From: Gemmatimonadales bacterium
GTDB lineage: Bacteria > Gemmatimonadota > Gemmatimonadetes > Gemmatimonadales > GWC2-71-9
Reading direction: 5' to 3'
Assembly (NCBI GenBank): GCA_965249575.1
Contig: OZ252244.1
Coordinates: 1,280,001-1,344,000, forward strand
DNA: 64,000 nucleotides
A program made the translations under genes and the position numbers. How positions within the stretch are numbered: position 1 is the first letter of the stretch; every line of letters starts with the position of its first letter. Below the pieces are notes generated by a model. That model searched no databases, was not told the DNA's origin, and worked only from the letters and a program-made list of their open reading frames with translations. Positions 50,880 through 59,956 of this stretch are shown here, one piece after another.

Positions 50880-53257
50880 CTAGCGTGCAGACTCGGAGAG
50901 TCTTGCCAGCAGGTCCTGCAAGGTTTGGGGAGCGGTCTTCGCTTTCGCTGTAATCAGGAAGCCTCCGTACCGGGCCGTGCCCGCGGACGAACCCGATGCA
51001 TCGGGCGAAGGCGCCACCCGAATCGCGCTGACACGCTCGTTCCCCCGGCTGCGCTGGCCGGCTCGGTTCAGGAAAGCAGGCCGGCTTATGACTAGCTCGA
51101 GTCGTTGGCCACCATCCAGAACCTGCGCAACCCGGATGCCGGCACGGGCCCCGGTCGCCGCCTTGGCAATGCTCTCCACCCGGAGTACGGGGACGGTCAC
51201 GATAGGACGACCGAGCAACTCTTCGGCTTCCCCGCGGTCGATCGGAACCCATTCGCCGGTTCTGAGCTCTGGATCTCCGGTTGGAGGAACAGGGTTCGGA
51301 GAGGCGGCCGGAGCAGCCGCAACGGGCGCCCGTGGCGCCGGCGCCTGGACCGCGGGTTTGTCGAGGCGAACGACCAGTGACGCAACCTCCCCGGCTTGGG
51401 CTATGACGGCGGATGTCGCGAAGGTGTACCCGGGGAGCGCGGCAGTGACCTTGAGCTCTCCCGGTGGAAGGCCCGGCAGCGTATAGCTTCCATCTCCCGC
51501 CGTCGTCGCCGAGACCGCGACCCCCGCGACAGAAACGCGGGCCCCTGCAAGGGGGCGATTCGTTCCCGCCTCGAGCACGCTCCCCGACACGGTCGCGACC
51601 TGTTGCGCTGCCTGGGCCGGGGGGGGGGTGGGCAGGGGGGTCTGCGCCGGGGGACGTACCACCGCCACGGCCCGCCGACCCTCAGGCGGCCGGGATACCG
51701 GAGCGGGAGTTGCCGGACGGCCCGGTGGAACGGACCGGCGTGCCGGCGGCTCCCGGACGGCGGGAGCCGGTGCTCGCGAGACGAGTGCCGCGGATGCAGC
51801 CGGAGGAACCGACGGCACTGGGGGCTCGGCGCCAGCCGAGTCGGTGGAGACGGCGTCGGTCACGCCACCCGAATCCCCCTCCGCCAGGGCAGGCCCCACT
51901 GCGGCACCAGCGGCGTTCGATCCTGTCTCACCAGCCGGCCCTAGCGAGACATCCGCCGGGCGCGTTGCCACGGTCACATTCCCAGGAGCACCGCCGGCTA
52001 CCAGCGAGGCCCGCGTGGCAACGATGAGGGGCCAGAAGTACCAGGCCGTCCCAGCTACGAGGGCGACGACCGCCGCGGCCGCCAGCCACGACCCGGGCCC
52101 CCTCCGGCGATCCCGCGGTGGGGCCGGTACAGAGCCCCCGGCCGGAATAGGGGCAGTGTCGATCTGAGGGACTACCCCGATTGAGGAATCGGGGCGGAGG
52201 CACCAGGTTTTTTTCGATCCCCTTTCCGGCGCCCGTACTGGGCCCCACGCTCCGGATTGGGGGGAGCCTTGGCCACCGCGGGAACCACCTCGGTGGTCTC
52301 CGCTTCGCTCGTCGAAACGGAAGGCGCGGCGGCGCCCTGCCTGGCCGCCGTCAACGCAGCCGCCGGTCGCCGCACCGCGGTCCGTTCCACTGTGCGCTCA
52401 CCCGGTTCACCCTGGACGGAGACAGCCGGTCGGGCCGGACCCGGCCGTGCCGCGGGCGGCGATGCTGGCCGTCCCGGCGAGGTCGTTTCCTTGCGCCGCT
52501 TACCGCCCTTCGTCTTGCCGGAACGTGCGGCTCGCTTGCTCTGGACCTTCGTCACCGGTGGGGCGGGGGGCGGGGGCTGTCCCCTGACAACTGCTGGACG
52601 GTCCTTGATCTCCGATGTCAACAGCTCCGGGTCCTGCTGCTCGAGCTCTCCGATCTGCCTCAGCACCTTTCTGACCTCAGTGAGCCGTTCCGAGCAGACC
52701 GCACACTCGAGGATGTGGTCGCCTGTCTCCTTGCGAAGGTTCGGGTCTTCGAAGGCCGCCTGATACGTCAGGTACGCTCGGAGCGCACCCTCGTCCAGGT
52801 GCGGCGCCTCCCGCGACGCGCGTGCCTCCGTGAGACGCTTCGAGCAATGCGTGCAGTCGAGGATGTGCTGCGCGGATTTCCGCCGGACGGCGGGATCGGC
52901 AAACTGCTCTTGATGCGTGAGGTAGGCCCACACCTGATCGTCGTCCAGGTGCTGGACGCTCATCGTCTTGCGGGTTTCCGTGAGCCGTTTGGAACACTGG
53001 GTGCAGTTGGCGATGTGCACCCCCATCTGCCGCCGGGCTTCCTTATCGGCGAACTCTTCCTGGCGCGTCAGGTAGGCCTGGACCTGCCGCTCATCCAGAT
53101 GAGCCACGCTTCGGCCCTGCTGAGCCTCTTTCAGGCGGCGGGCGCAGTCCGGACAGTCGACAATGTGTTGGGCCGAGGCCCGCCGCACCGCAGGATCACC
53201 AAACTCCTGCGAGTGTTCGAGATAGGCCCGCAGCTTTTGGTCATCCAAGTGCTGCAT
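50880..53257 (-). CDS. Membrane protein with four tandem zinc anti-sigma (Hx3Cx2C) fingers, one TM helix and a periplasmic carboxypeptidase-regulatory-like domain; split by one -1 frameshift at ~52175-52214
   Basis: Four 50-aa repeats HLD..AYL...HIxxCxxC; the -1 frame gives WLAAAAVVALVAGTAWYFW then VSGSVLEAGTNRPLAGARV...TAGDGSYTL. Confidence 0.7.
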
Positions 53258-53505
53258 TCACTCCTCCCGGGAGCCGCCGGGACACGGCGCGCGTCGCCAC
53301 GGGAATCGGGCAATAGTCGCGCCACTGACAGTATGTTGCGAATCGGGTCAGGGGGGAAGGCAGGTGGGGCAAGCGGCGACCGGCGAGTGTCCAGTGGCGA
53401 ACCGCGAATCCGAATGCAGGGTGGCGGGTGGGGTAACAGCCGGGAGTCACTCCCTAGTGCTACCCCTCCTCCCCTACTTCCCGCTCCCAACTCACTACTA
53501 CCGAC

Positions 53506-54888
53506 TCACCTAGTGCTTATTCTCGCCGGCTCGGGCGCCCCATCCGGACCGTTGTCCCAGTCCTGGGCGCTCGAGACGTTCGGCATGCCCCATTGGTGAC
53601 CGTTCCAACCGTCAAACCCGTTCATCTTGAACGCCCAGAAACCGGAGTTGTAGTCGCTCACGACGATGAGGCCGTCGGCGTTTCGCACGTCGATGCCCCA
53701 GACACCGTCATAGATTCCCCCTCCCGTGCCGATGGCGCCGCCGAGATTCCTGCCGAACAGCTCCGGTCCTTCCTTCGTATCATAGTAGGCAACCGTGTAC
53801 GGGTTAGACGGATCCATGATGTTCAGCACCTGGAGCGCGTCGTCTTGTGCGGCTATGAAAGCGTATGGCCACCGCACTTCGTGATTGTGAGAAACCCCAT
53901 TCCACTTGGCAATCCAGGCGCCCACCGGACGCGATATGGTCTCCACGTCTCCATCCAGCCCTGGCTTCAGATCGAACATTCTCATGGGTGAGTGCTGGTA
54001 CGTAGGCGCTGACATGGCAAGCGCGTATCGACCGTCCGGGGTGGGCGTGAAGGTGTGGCCGTTCGCAACGCCGGCAACACCCGTGACCGACGTGACGAGT
54101 TTGGGCGCCTCTGGGCGGCTCACGTCGTAAACGTAGAACCCTCGCGCACCCCCGCCATAGAACTTGTCTTGCCGAGTAGTGGGGTCGTACCCGACATAGA
54201 AGTCGTGATATCCACCCTGCGGGCCGCTCAGTGCTCCGCGGTTGGGTTCGTTGCCGGGAACCGGCACACGAGCGACCAGCGCCCGGACCGGATTTCCTCC
54301 TACCAACCGCTCCACATCGTAGACGTACGCCTCCGCCCCGGTCGTCGTCGCGAAGAGTAGCGCCCGGCCGTCGGAATGCTTGTACGCAAAGAGATTGTGA
54401 AATCCCCCCGGCACTTCTGGCGCCCGGATCCGCACTACTTCACGAATCGAGGCGGTGTCAGGCAGCTCCGTGACATCGAAGATCACGGCGCCCAGATCGG
54501 CATCCGGACCGCTCGATCGAAACTGGAAGGACTGGATATCGTAGTACCGCCCGCGGAGCTTGACGTACTTGTTGTCCTGCCCGCTGCCAACGTGCAAATC
54601 GGGGTTTTCGATGATCCAGCGATAGAGTATGCGCGCCTTGGCGGGATCCTTTAGGTCGATGATGAAGAATCCCGCGTCCTTGAAGCGGTTGGCGACGTAC
54701 GCGTAGGGGCGGGATAATTCTTGTTCGATCTCTATGTCTGCGGTCTTGAACCGAACTCCCGGAAGCGTAACGTGTGACAGGATGCGGATGTTGCTGCTGC
54801 CCTGCTCACCCGGCGGGCGCTGCGCGGGCAATCCCTCTGCCAAGAGCGTTGCCACAGCCGCCACCATGACCGTCAAAGGCCGTTTCAT
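53506..54888 (-). CDS. Secreted 4-His beta-propeller paralogue P13
   Basis: GGAGGTG RBS before ATG 54888; LPA-Q signal; family motifs. Confidence 0.9.
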   Translation of the reverse strand: MKRPLTVMVAAVATLLAEGLPAQRPPGEQGSSNIRILSHVTLPGVRFKTADIEIEQELSRPYAYVANRFKDAGFFIIDLKDPAKARILYRWIIENPDLHVGSGQDNKYVKLRGRYYDIQSFQFRSSGPDADLGAVIFDVTELPDTASIREVVRIRAPEVPGGFHNLFAYKHSDGRALLFATTTGAEAYVYDVERLVGGNPVRALVARVPVPGNEPNRGALSGPQGGYHDFYVGYDPTTRQDKFYGGGARGFYVYDVSRPEAPKLVTSVTGVAGVANGHTFTPTPDGRYALAMSAPTYQHSPMRMFDLKPGLDGDVETISRPVGAWIAKWNGVSHNHEVRWPYAFIAAQDDALQVLNIMDPSNPYTVAYYDTKEGPELFGRNLGGAIGTGGGIYDGVWGIDVRNADGLIVVSDYNSGFWAFKMNGFDGWNGHQWGMPNVSSAQDWDNGPDGAPEPARISTR

Positions 54889-54993
54889 TGGGCACCTCCA
54901 GCTCAATACTGCGCACCGCGGCTGGGTTTCTCGCGCGCTCCGCGACAGTCGGTAGCTACGCCCAGGCGGGCCGAAAACTCAGTTGCCGGATTA

Positions 54994-55392
54994 CTATCGT
55001 GTCGCCTTCTCGCTATGGATTTCGGTGGTCAACTCAGCCCCGCTCAGCAGAACGAGGATCCCCGCCAGCGCCCAGAGTATGACCAGGCCGTGAGTCGGCA
55101 ACGACAGATGTCCGAACACCAACCAACCCGCGAGAGCGAGTCCGAAACAGAGATTGATGCTGAGCGCCCCAAGTAGTCCTAACCCTCGGGATCCATGCGC
55201 CGGACCGAAGCGTTCAATCATGAGCGAAATGCCGATACCGAACAACACCGCTCCGAACACGCTCGGGTAGAAGCCATTACCGATATCCGAAAGGCCGAGC
55301 CAGGACGCCAGGCGCACCGGAGTAGCTAGAAGCAAGATGCCTAGCAGTAGGTTTCCAATCGCGTCGAACAGCAAGAGATCCGAACGTCGCAT
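54994..55392 (-). CDS. Four-TM hypothetical membrane protein
   Basis: Four hydrophobic segments; FYPSVFGAVLFGIG. Confidence 0.7.
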   Translation of the reverse strand: MRRSDLLLFDAIGNLLLGILLLATPVRLASWLGLSDIGNGFYPSVFGAVLFGIGISLMIERFGPAHGSRGLGLLGALSINLCFGLALAGWLVFGHLSLPTHGLVILWALAGILVLLSGAELTTEIHSEKATR

Positions 55393-55517
55393 GGGCGCTT
55401 CCGAGGCATTCTCCAGCTCGAGTACGTGCCGGCGGCCTGTGCCCGCCGGCGAGGAAACCGGATTAACGGTCCCGAGCGTTCGTGCTGCCTCCTCGAACGG
55501 AAGATCGATTCAAGCGG

Positions 55518-56153
55518 TCAGTTCTTGTCGTCGGTGAACTTCTTGTGCCAGTGCGTGCCGTCGCAGAATGGTTTGTTTTTCGACCCACCACAGCGGCACA
55601 GAGTGAAGTGCTCCCGCGAAGCCCCCTCGCCGAATTCCGTTTCAGGAAGTTCGGGCCCGCCGCTCATGACATACGGGCCGTTCGGAGATATAAAGACCGC
55701 AGGTTCCCCGTCGCGATCGCGATGTTCGACCCCGCCCATCGAATAACTGAGAGCACCCGATGGACAGGTGCGGACGGTGGCGATGATCTCCTCACTCGTC
55801 GCTCCGTCCGGCACGATCCAGGGCTCCTGCTTGAGGCGAAAGACAGCGGGACGGCCGTCAGTGCAGCGACCGGCATGGGCGCAGATGCCTCGGTTGTCGT
55901 GGACGGTAATACCCGGGCCTTCGTAGCTGTCCGGCTTGTCCGGCACGCGACCGTCGAGCTTGGCGGACGAGAATCCGATCTTCGCGTGGGTGCCGTCGCA
56001 GAACGGCTTGTTCGCCGACCCGCCACACCGACAGAGCGCGATGGTCTTGCTCGTCTCGACGGGCCCCTTTCGATTGGCAAGCTTTGTCAGGCCCTTCACG
56101 ATGTACGGGCCGTTGGGTGAGGGCTGGATTGAAGGCTTTGAATCTGAGCTCAT
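55518..56153 (-). CDS. CDGSH iron-sulfur protein (CDGSH + YjdI-like ferredoxin + CDGSH)
   Basis: LCRCGGSxNKPFCDGTH twice; CAHAGRC...CPSGAL. Confidence 0.9.
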   Translation of the reverse strand: MSSDSKPSIQPSPNGPYIVKGLTKLANRKGPVETSKTIALCRCGGSANKPFCDGTHAKIGFSSAKLDGRVPDKPDSYEGPGITVHDNRGICAHAGRCTDGRPAVFRLKQEPWIVPDGATSEEIIATVRTCPSGALSYSMGGVEHRDRDGEPAVFISPNGPYVMSGGPELPETEFGEGASREHFTLCRCGGSKNKPFCDGTHWHKKFTDDKN

Positions 56154-56167
56154 TGATGGCCTCGAGT

Positions 56168-56338
56168 CTAGAACTCGCGCTTCTTCATCTCGTTGAAGAG
56201 TTTGCGCCGCTCGGCATCGTCTTCGTCGCCGGAAAGCGTATCGTCGAACTGCCGCTGCGTGTTCTTCTTCTGCTTGGCCGCTTTCGCGGCGTTCTTCTTC
56301 ACCAACGCTTCGAGTTTCCGCTCGTCGCTCTTTGACAT
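56168..56338 (-). CDS. 56-aa charged small protein (below the ORF-track cut-off)
   Basis: GGAG RBS; MSKSDERKLEALVKKNAAKAAKQKKNTQRQFDDTLSGDEDDAERRKLFNEMKKREF; fills the gap between co-oriented genes. Confidence 0.65.
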   Translation of the reverse strand: MSKSDERKLEALVKKNAAKAAKQKKNTQRQFDDTLSGDEDDAERRKLFNEMKKREF

Positions 56339-56442
56339 CACCACTCCAAGGAAAACCAGTCGATCTTAAGGATGGCGCGTGAGCGGCCGTGAGTCCAGCG
56401 GCGATCCGGACCGCGATCTTTCGCACGGCCAACTTCTCCGGG

Positions 56443-56984
56443 TCACGGCGAGAGCGAGGACTTGACCCGACGAACCTGGGCCGCGTGTCGGTCCATATGA
56501 AATCGCAGGAACTCGTGTCGCTGTCGAGCGTCGAGCGGACCGGAGATCGGGTGTGGATAAATGACGCTTTCCAGGTCGAGCCCGGCGAGTTGCCCCGCCA
56601 GCGCCTCCAGCGTGACCCGACAGCTCTCTAGGCACGCCGCCCAGAAAGCCGTCGGTCCCCCCCAGCGCGGCTGCGCAACGTCCGGAGCGGTTTCTTGTTG
56701 GGCCTCCACGTTTCGGCAACGATCGTTTCGATGGACTTGCCCCGGTGGACTGGGTCGCCGGTCCACTCCGGATGGCCAGCCCGTACACTGGCCGCCGCCC
56801 GCCAGACACGGTTGATACCCGCCAGTTCGGCCAGCACCAGGTGCTCCAGGATCTCCGCGATGCTCCACTGGTCGGGTGCCGGCTTGAGCGAGCCGGCATC
56901 ATCCAACAGGTCGCGCACCTCGATACACACGCGCCGCCGCGCTTCCGCGGCATCGCGGATCAAGCGGCGGACGCTTTCGCTCAT
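56443..56984 (-). pseudogene. DinB family protein with one frameshift (~56700)
   Basis: KPAPDQWSIAEILEHL in one frame; HPISGPLD...FHMDRHAAQV in another. Confidence 0.75.
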
Positions 56985-56987
56985 CGG

Positions 56988-58328
56988 CTACCGAGCTGAC
57001 ACCTTCTGCGGTTTTGGCGCCCCGTCAGGTCCATTGTCCCAGTCCTGCGCACTCGAGATGTTCGGCAATCCCCATTGATGCCCGTTCCATCCGTCGAATC
57101 CATCCATCTTGAACACCCCGAGCCCAGAGCCGCTGGTCACGATCAGCCCGTCAGCATTCCGCACATCGATGCCAAACGTCCGTCCACCCTGGAGCTTCAC
57201 ACCCGGCGCGGAGTCGTAGTATCCAACCGTGTACGGGTTCGCCGGGTCCATCATGTTGAAGACATGGAACTCGTCGTCGTTCGTGGCGACGAAGACGTAG
57301 GGCCAGCGAACCTCGTGGTTGTGGGGCAGCCCGTCCCAACTCGCTGTCCACGCGCCGATCGGCCGCGAGATGTTCTTGACCTCCCCGTTCAGGCCGGGCT
57401 TTAAGTCGAACACCCGAAGCGGTGCGTAGGTATACTCCGTTTCGGCGATTGCGTAACGGCCTGTCGGATCGGGCGTGAACGTGTGGCCCCACTTGACCCC
57501 GGCGACACCGGTGATCGACGTTACCAACTTGGGCTCAGCGACGTTCGTGATGTCGAAGACGTAATACCCGCCCTGGCCCGGACCGTAGAAGAGGTCGCGT
57601 TGCGTGGCGGGATCGTAGCCTACATAGAAGTCGTGATACGCATATCGGACGTACCCCGGCGTGTTTGGCTCAAAGCTATTGATGTCACCTAGCGGCACCT
57701 TTCCGACGATCGCGCGATGCGGGTCGCCGCTGACGACCAGATCGATGTCATAGATGTAGGCGTAGGGGCTATAGGTGCTCGTGATCAACAGCGCCCGGCC
57801 GTCTGAGTGCTTGTAGGCGAACATGTTGTGGAAGCCGCCCCGCGCCTCGGGCGCTCGAATGCGCACCAACTCCTCGATCGTCGAGGTATCGGGGAGCCCC
57901 GTGACATCGAACACGATGGCCCCGAGGTCGGTATCGGGCCCTCGGCCGTCACGGTACTGAAAGGACTGCGCGAAGTAGTACCGGCCGTGACTCTTCAGAT
58001 ACATGGGCTCGAGCGAGTTCCCGACGTGCAGCTCCCAATCCTCAAGCTGCCAAGTGTAGATGCGCTCGGGCTGCGTCGGGCTCCCGAGGTCGAAGATGTG
58101 AAACCCATGATGGCTGCCGGTGCCGACGTACGCGTACGGGCGGGACAACTCCTGCTCAATCTTGATGTCGGTCAAGCGCCCCGGGACGTGGCCAACGACG
58201 TGGATGTTGCGGCTGGACTGTTGGCCTGCCACCGAGGCGGACCCGCCACTCATCTGCGCCAGGGTAGGCGGAGCCGGGATGACAACGCACAGCAGCACGG
58301 CCGCCGCCAGGCAAGTCGATCTGTTCAT
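56988..58328 (-). CDS. Secreted 4-His beta-propeller paralogue P14 (most divergent)
   Basis: GAGGT RBS before ATG 58328; TLA-Q signal; family motifs; shortened loops. Confidence 0.9.
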   Translation of the reverse strand: MNRSTCLAAAVLLCVVIPAPPTLAQMSGGSASVAGQQSSRNIHVVGHVPGRLTDIKIEQELSRPYAYVGTGSHHGFHIFDLGSPTQPERIYTWQLEDWELHVGNSLEPMYLKSHGRYYFAQSFQYRDGRGPDTDLGAIVFDVTGLPDTSTIEELVRIRAPEARGGFHNMFAYKHSDGRALLITSTYSPYAYIYDIDLVVSGDPHRAIVGKVPLGDINSFEPNTPGYVRYAYHDFYVGYDPATQRDLFYGPGQGGYYVFDITNVAEPKLVTSITGVAGVKWGHTFTPDPTGRYAIAETEYTYAPLRVFDLKPGLNGEVKNISRPIGAWTASWDGLPHNHEVRWPYVFVATNDDEFHVFNMMDPANPYTVGYYDSAPGVKLQGGRTFGIDVRNADGLIVTSGSGLGVFKMDGFDGWNGHQWGLPNISSAQDWDNGPDGAPKPQKVSAR

Positions 58329-58501
58329 ATGGACCTCGGACGAAGAGATGAGCGGTGATGAGCGGGAGCCCACCGGTATCTTCACACCCCGTTGCGACGG
58401 GCGCAATGGCCGCCCGTTCCCCGGAACGCGGCTCGACGCGCATTGCTTCCGACGGTCCCGCTCGATACCGTCCAGGCACCACACACCTCGCGGGAGCACT
58501 A

Positions 58502-59881
58502 ATGAAGAAGCATCAAGCGACGTCTGCCAAAGGCACGGTGACGCGTCGGGGGTTCGTCCACGCCGGCATGGCCGGTGCGGCAGCCTGGACACTGTCACCG
58601 CAGATACTCGGTAAAGAGCTGGTGGGCGGGATGGGACCGGACGACGCCCTCGCGATCGCCACCCGCAGGCGTGATGACCTGGTAGATCTCTTGTCGCAGC
58701 TGATCTCCATTCGCAGTCACTCCGGCGAATCGGCCGAGGTGGCGCAGGACATCGTCAAGGGATATCTGTCACAGCTCCCGTACCGGATCGAAGCGTCCGC
58801 CGACCGGCCGAGCCGATTCGCGGAACATGCCGAGTTCATGCCACCGAACCCACCCGGCGATGGGCCGTTCGTCAACGTCGTGGGTCGGCCTCGCCGAGCG
58901 ACTGGGTCTCAGCTCGCGTTGTTCGCCCACATCGACACTCACATTCCCGAGGACGGTTGGACGACCGATCCGTACGAGCCGGTCGTTCGTGACGGCCTCC
59001 TTCACGGCCTGGGAACAGCCGATGACAAGGGAGGCGTCGCCGCCATGCTGGTCGCAGCGGCGGCGCTGGCGGAGGCCGGAGGCCCGGCGCCGGTTGTCAT
59101 GAGTCTCCACGGGAAGGGCGGTGGCAGTCGCGGAAGCCTCCCGGTGTTCGCGCGTCTCCGGGAGTCGGGTGAGAAGCTGGACGCCGTGCTCTATGTCCAC
59201 CCCGCTGAGACCGGACACGGCCTGCGCGATATCAAGCACGTCGTCGATGGGTCGCTCGACGTCACCCTCGCCGTAACAGGTTGGCGGGGGGAACAGCGCG
59301 AGGTCAACCGCCCGGATTCCGCTCCATGGGAAGACGGCGGAAACGCCCTGGAGGCTTGCTGGCGAGCGATCGACCATTTGAAACGGGGGCCGCTCTCGCA
59401 GGCGAGGGTCAACGTCGGCCGGCTGGAGGGGGGAAACCGCAGCGGAGCTGTGCCCGAGACGGCACGCGCGCAGATGCGGATTCTCTTCCAGGGAGAGCAC
59501 ACTTGGGGGACCTTGCTGGCGTCGCTTCGCCAGGAACTGGACGCGTTCATCGCGAACCTGCCAACCGGCGAGGGGGCGTTTCGCGCCTCCATCGAGCCCG
59601 CGGGACTCCGCTCCAACCCGGGGTCGGTCCCGTGGGACGCACCCACCTGCATGGTCCTGCGCCGAGCAATCGCGGAGGTAACGGGGTCCGAGCCCGCATC
59701 CTACCCACATCACTATGCGGGTGACATTCGGTATCCGCTTCGATTGCTCGGTGTTCCCGCGTTCGGAGTGGGATCGCTCGGCGGTAATTTCTACGGCGCC
59801 AACGAGTGGGTCGACATCGACGATCTCGTGCGCCTCGTCGCTGTGATCGTTCAGACCGTCTCGGGATGGGCCCGGCTCTGA
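58502..59881 (+). CDS. Tat-exported M20/M25/M40 peptidase-fold protein with an atypical metal site
   Basis: TRRGFV Tat motif; AHIDTH, WTTDPY, GLGTADDKGG and NEWV; GGGAG RBS. Confidence 0.8.
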   Translation: MKKHQATSAKGTVTRRGFVHAGMAGAAAWTLSPQILGKELVGGMGPDDALAIATRRRDDLVDLLSQLISIRSHSGESAEVAQDIVKGYLSQLPYRIEASADRPSRFAEHAEFMPPNPPGDGPFVNVVGRPRRATGSQLALFAHIDTHIPEDGWTTDPYEPVVRDGLLHGLGTADDKGGVAAMLVAAAALAEAGGPAPVVMSLHGKGGGSRGSLPVFARLRESGEKLDAVLYVHPAETGHGLRDIKHVVDGSLDVTLAVTGWRGEQREVNRPDSAPWEDGGNALEACWRAIDHLKRGPLSQARVNVGRLEGGNRSGAVPETARAQMRILFQGEHTWGTLLASLRQELDAFIANLPTGEGAFRASIEPAGLRSNPGSVPWDAPTCMVLRRAIAEVTGSEPASYPHHYAGDIRYPLRLLGVPAFGVGSLGGNFYGANEWVDIDDLVRLVAVIVQTVSGWARL

Positions 59882-59956
59882 TCGGTTGAAAGTGAGTGGT
59901 GCGTCGTGAGTAGCCGCCCCCCACGTCGCGCGGAGGCTCCCGACTGATGACTCGCC

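Noticed and set aside
6095..53510. CRISPR array from the recurring intergenic motifs
   Set aside because: Units are degenerate 7-mers without regular spacers, and no cas genes are present
52181..53599. 472-aa plus-strand ORF
   Set aside because: Antisense to the zinc-finger repeat gene, with an Arg/Gly-rich composition typical of a shadow frame
2481..58328. Diversity-generating retroelement or shufflon as the source of paralogue variation
   Set aside because: No reverse transcriptase, recombinase, template/variable repeat pair or inverted cassettes; each copy is a complete gene
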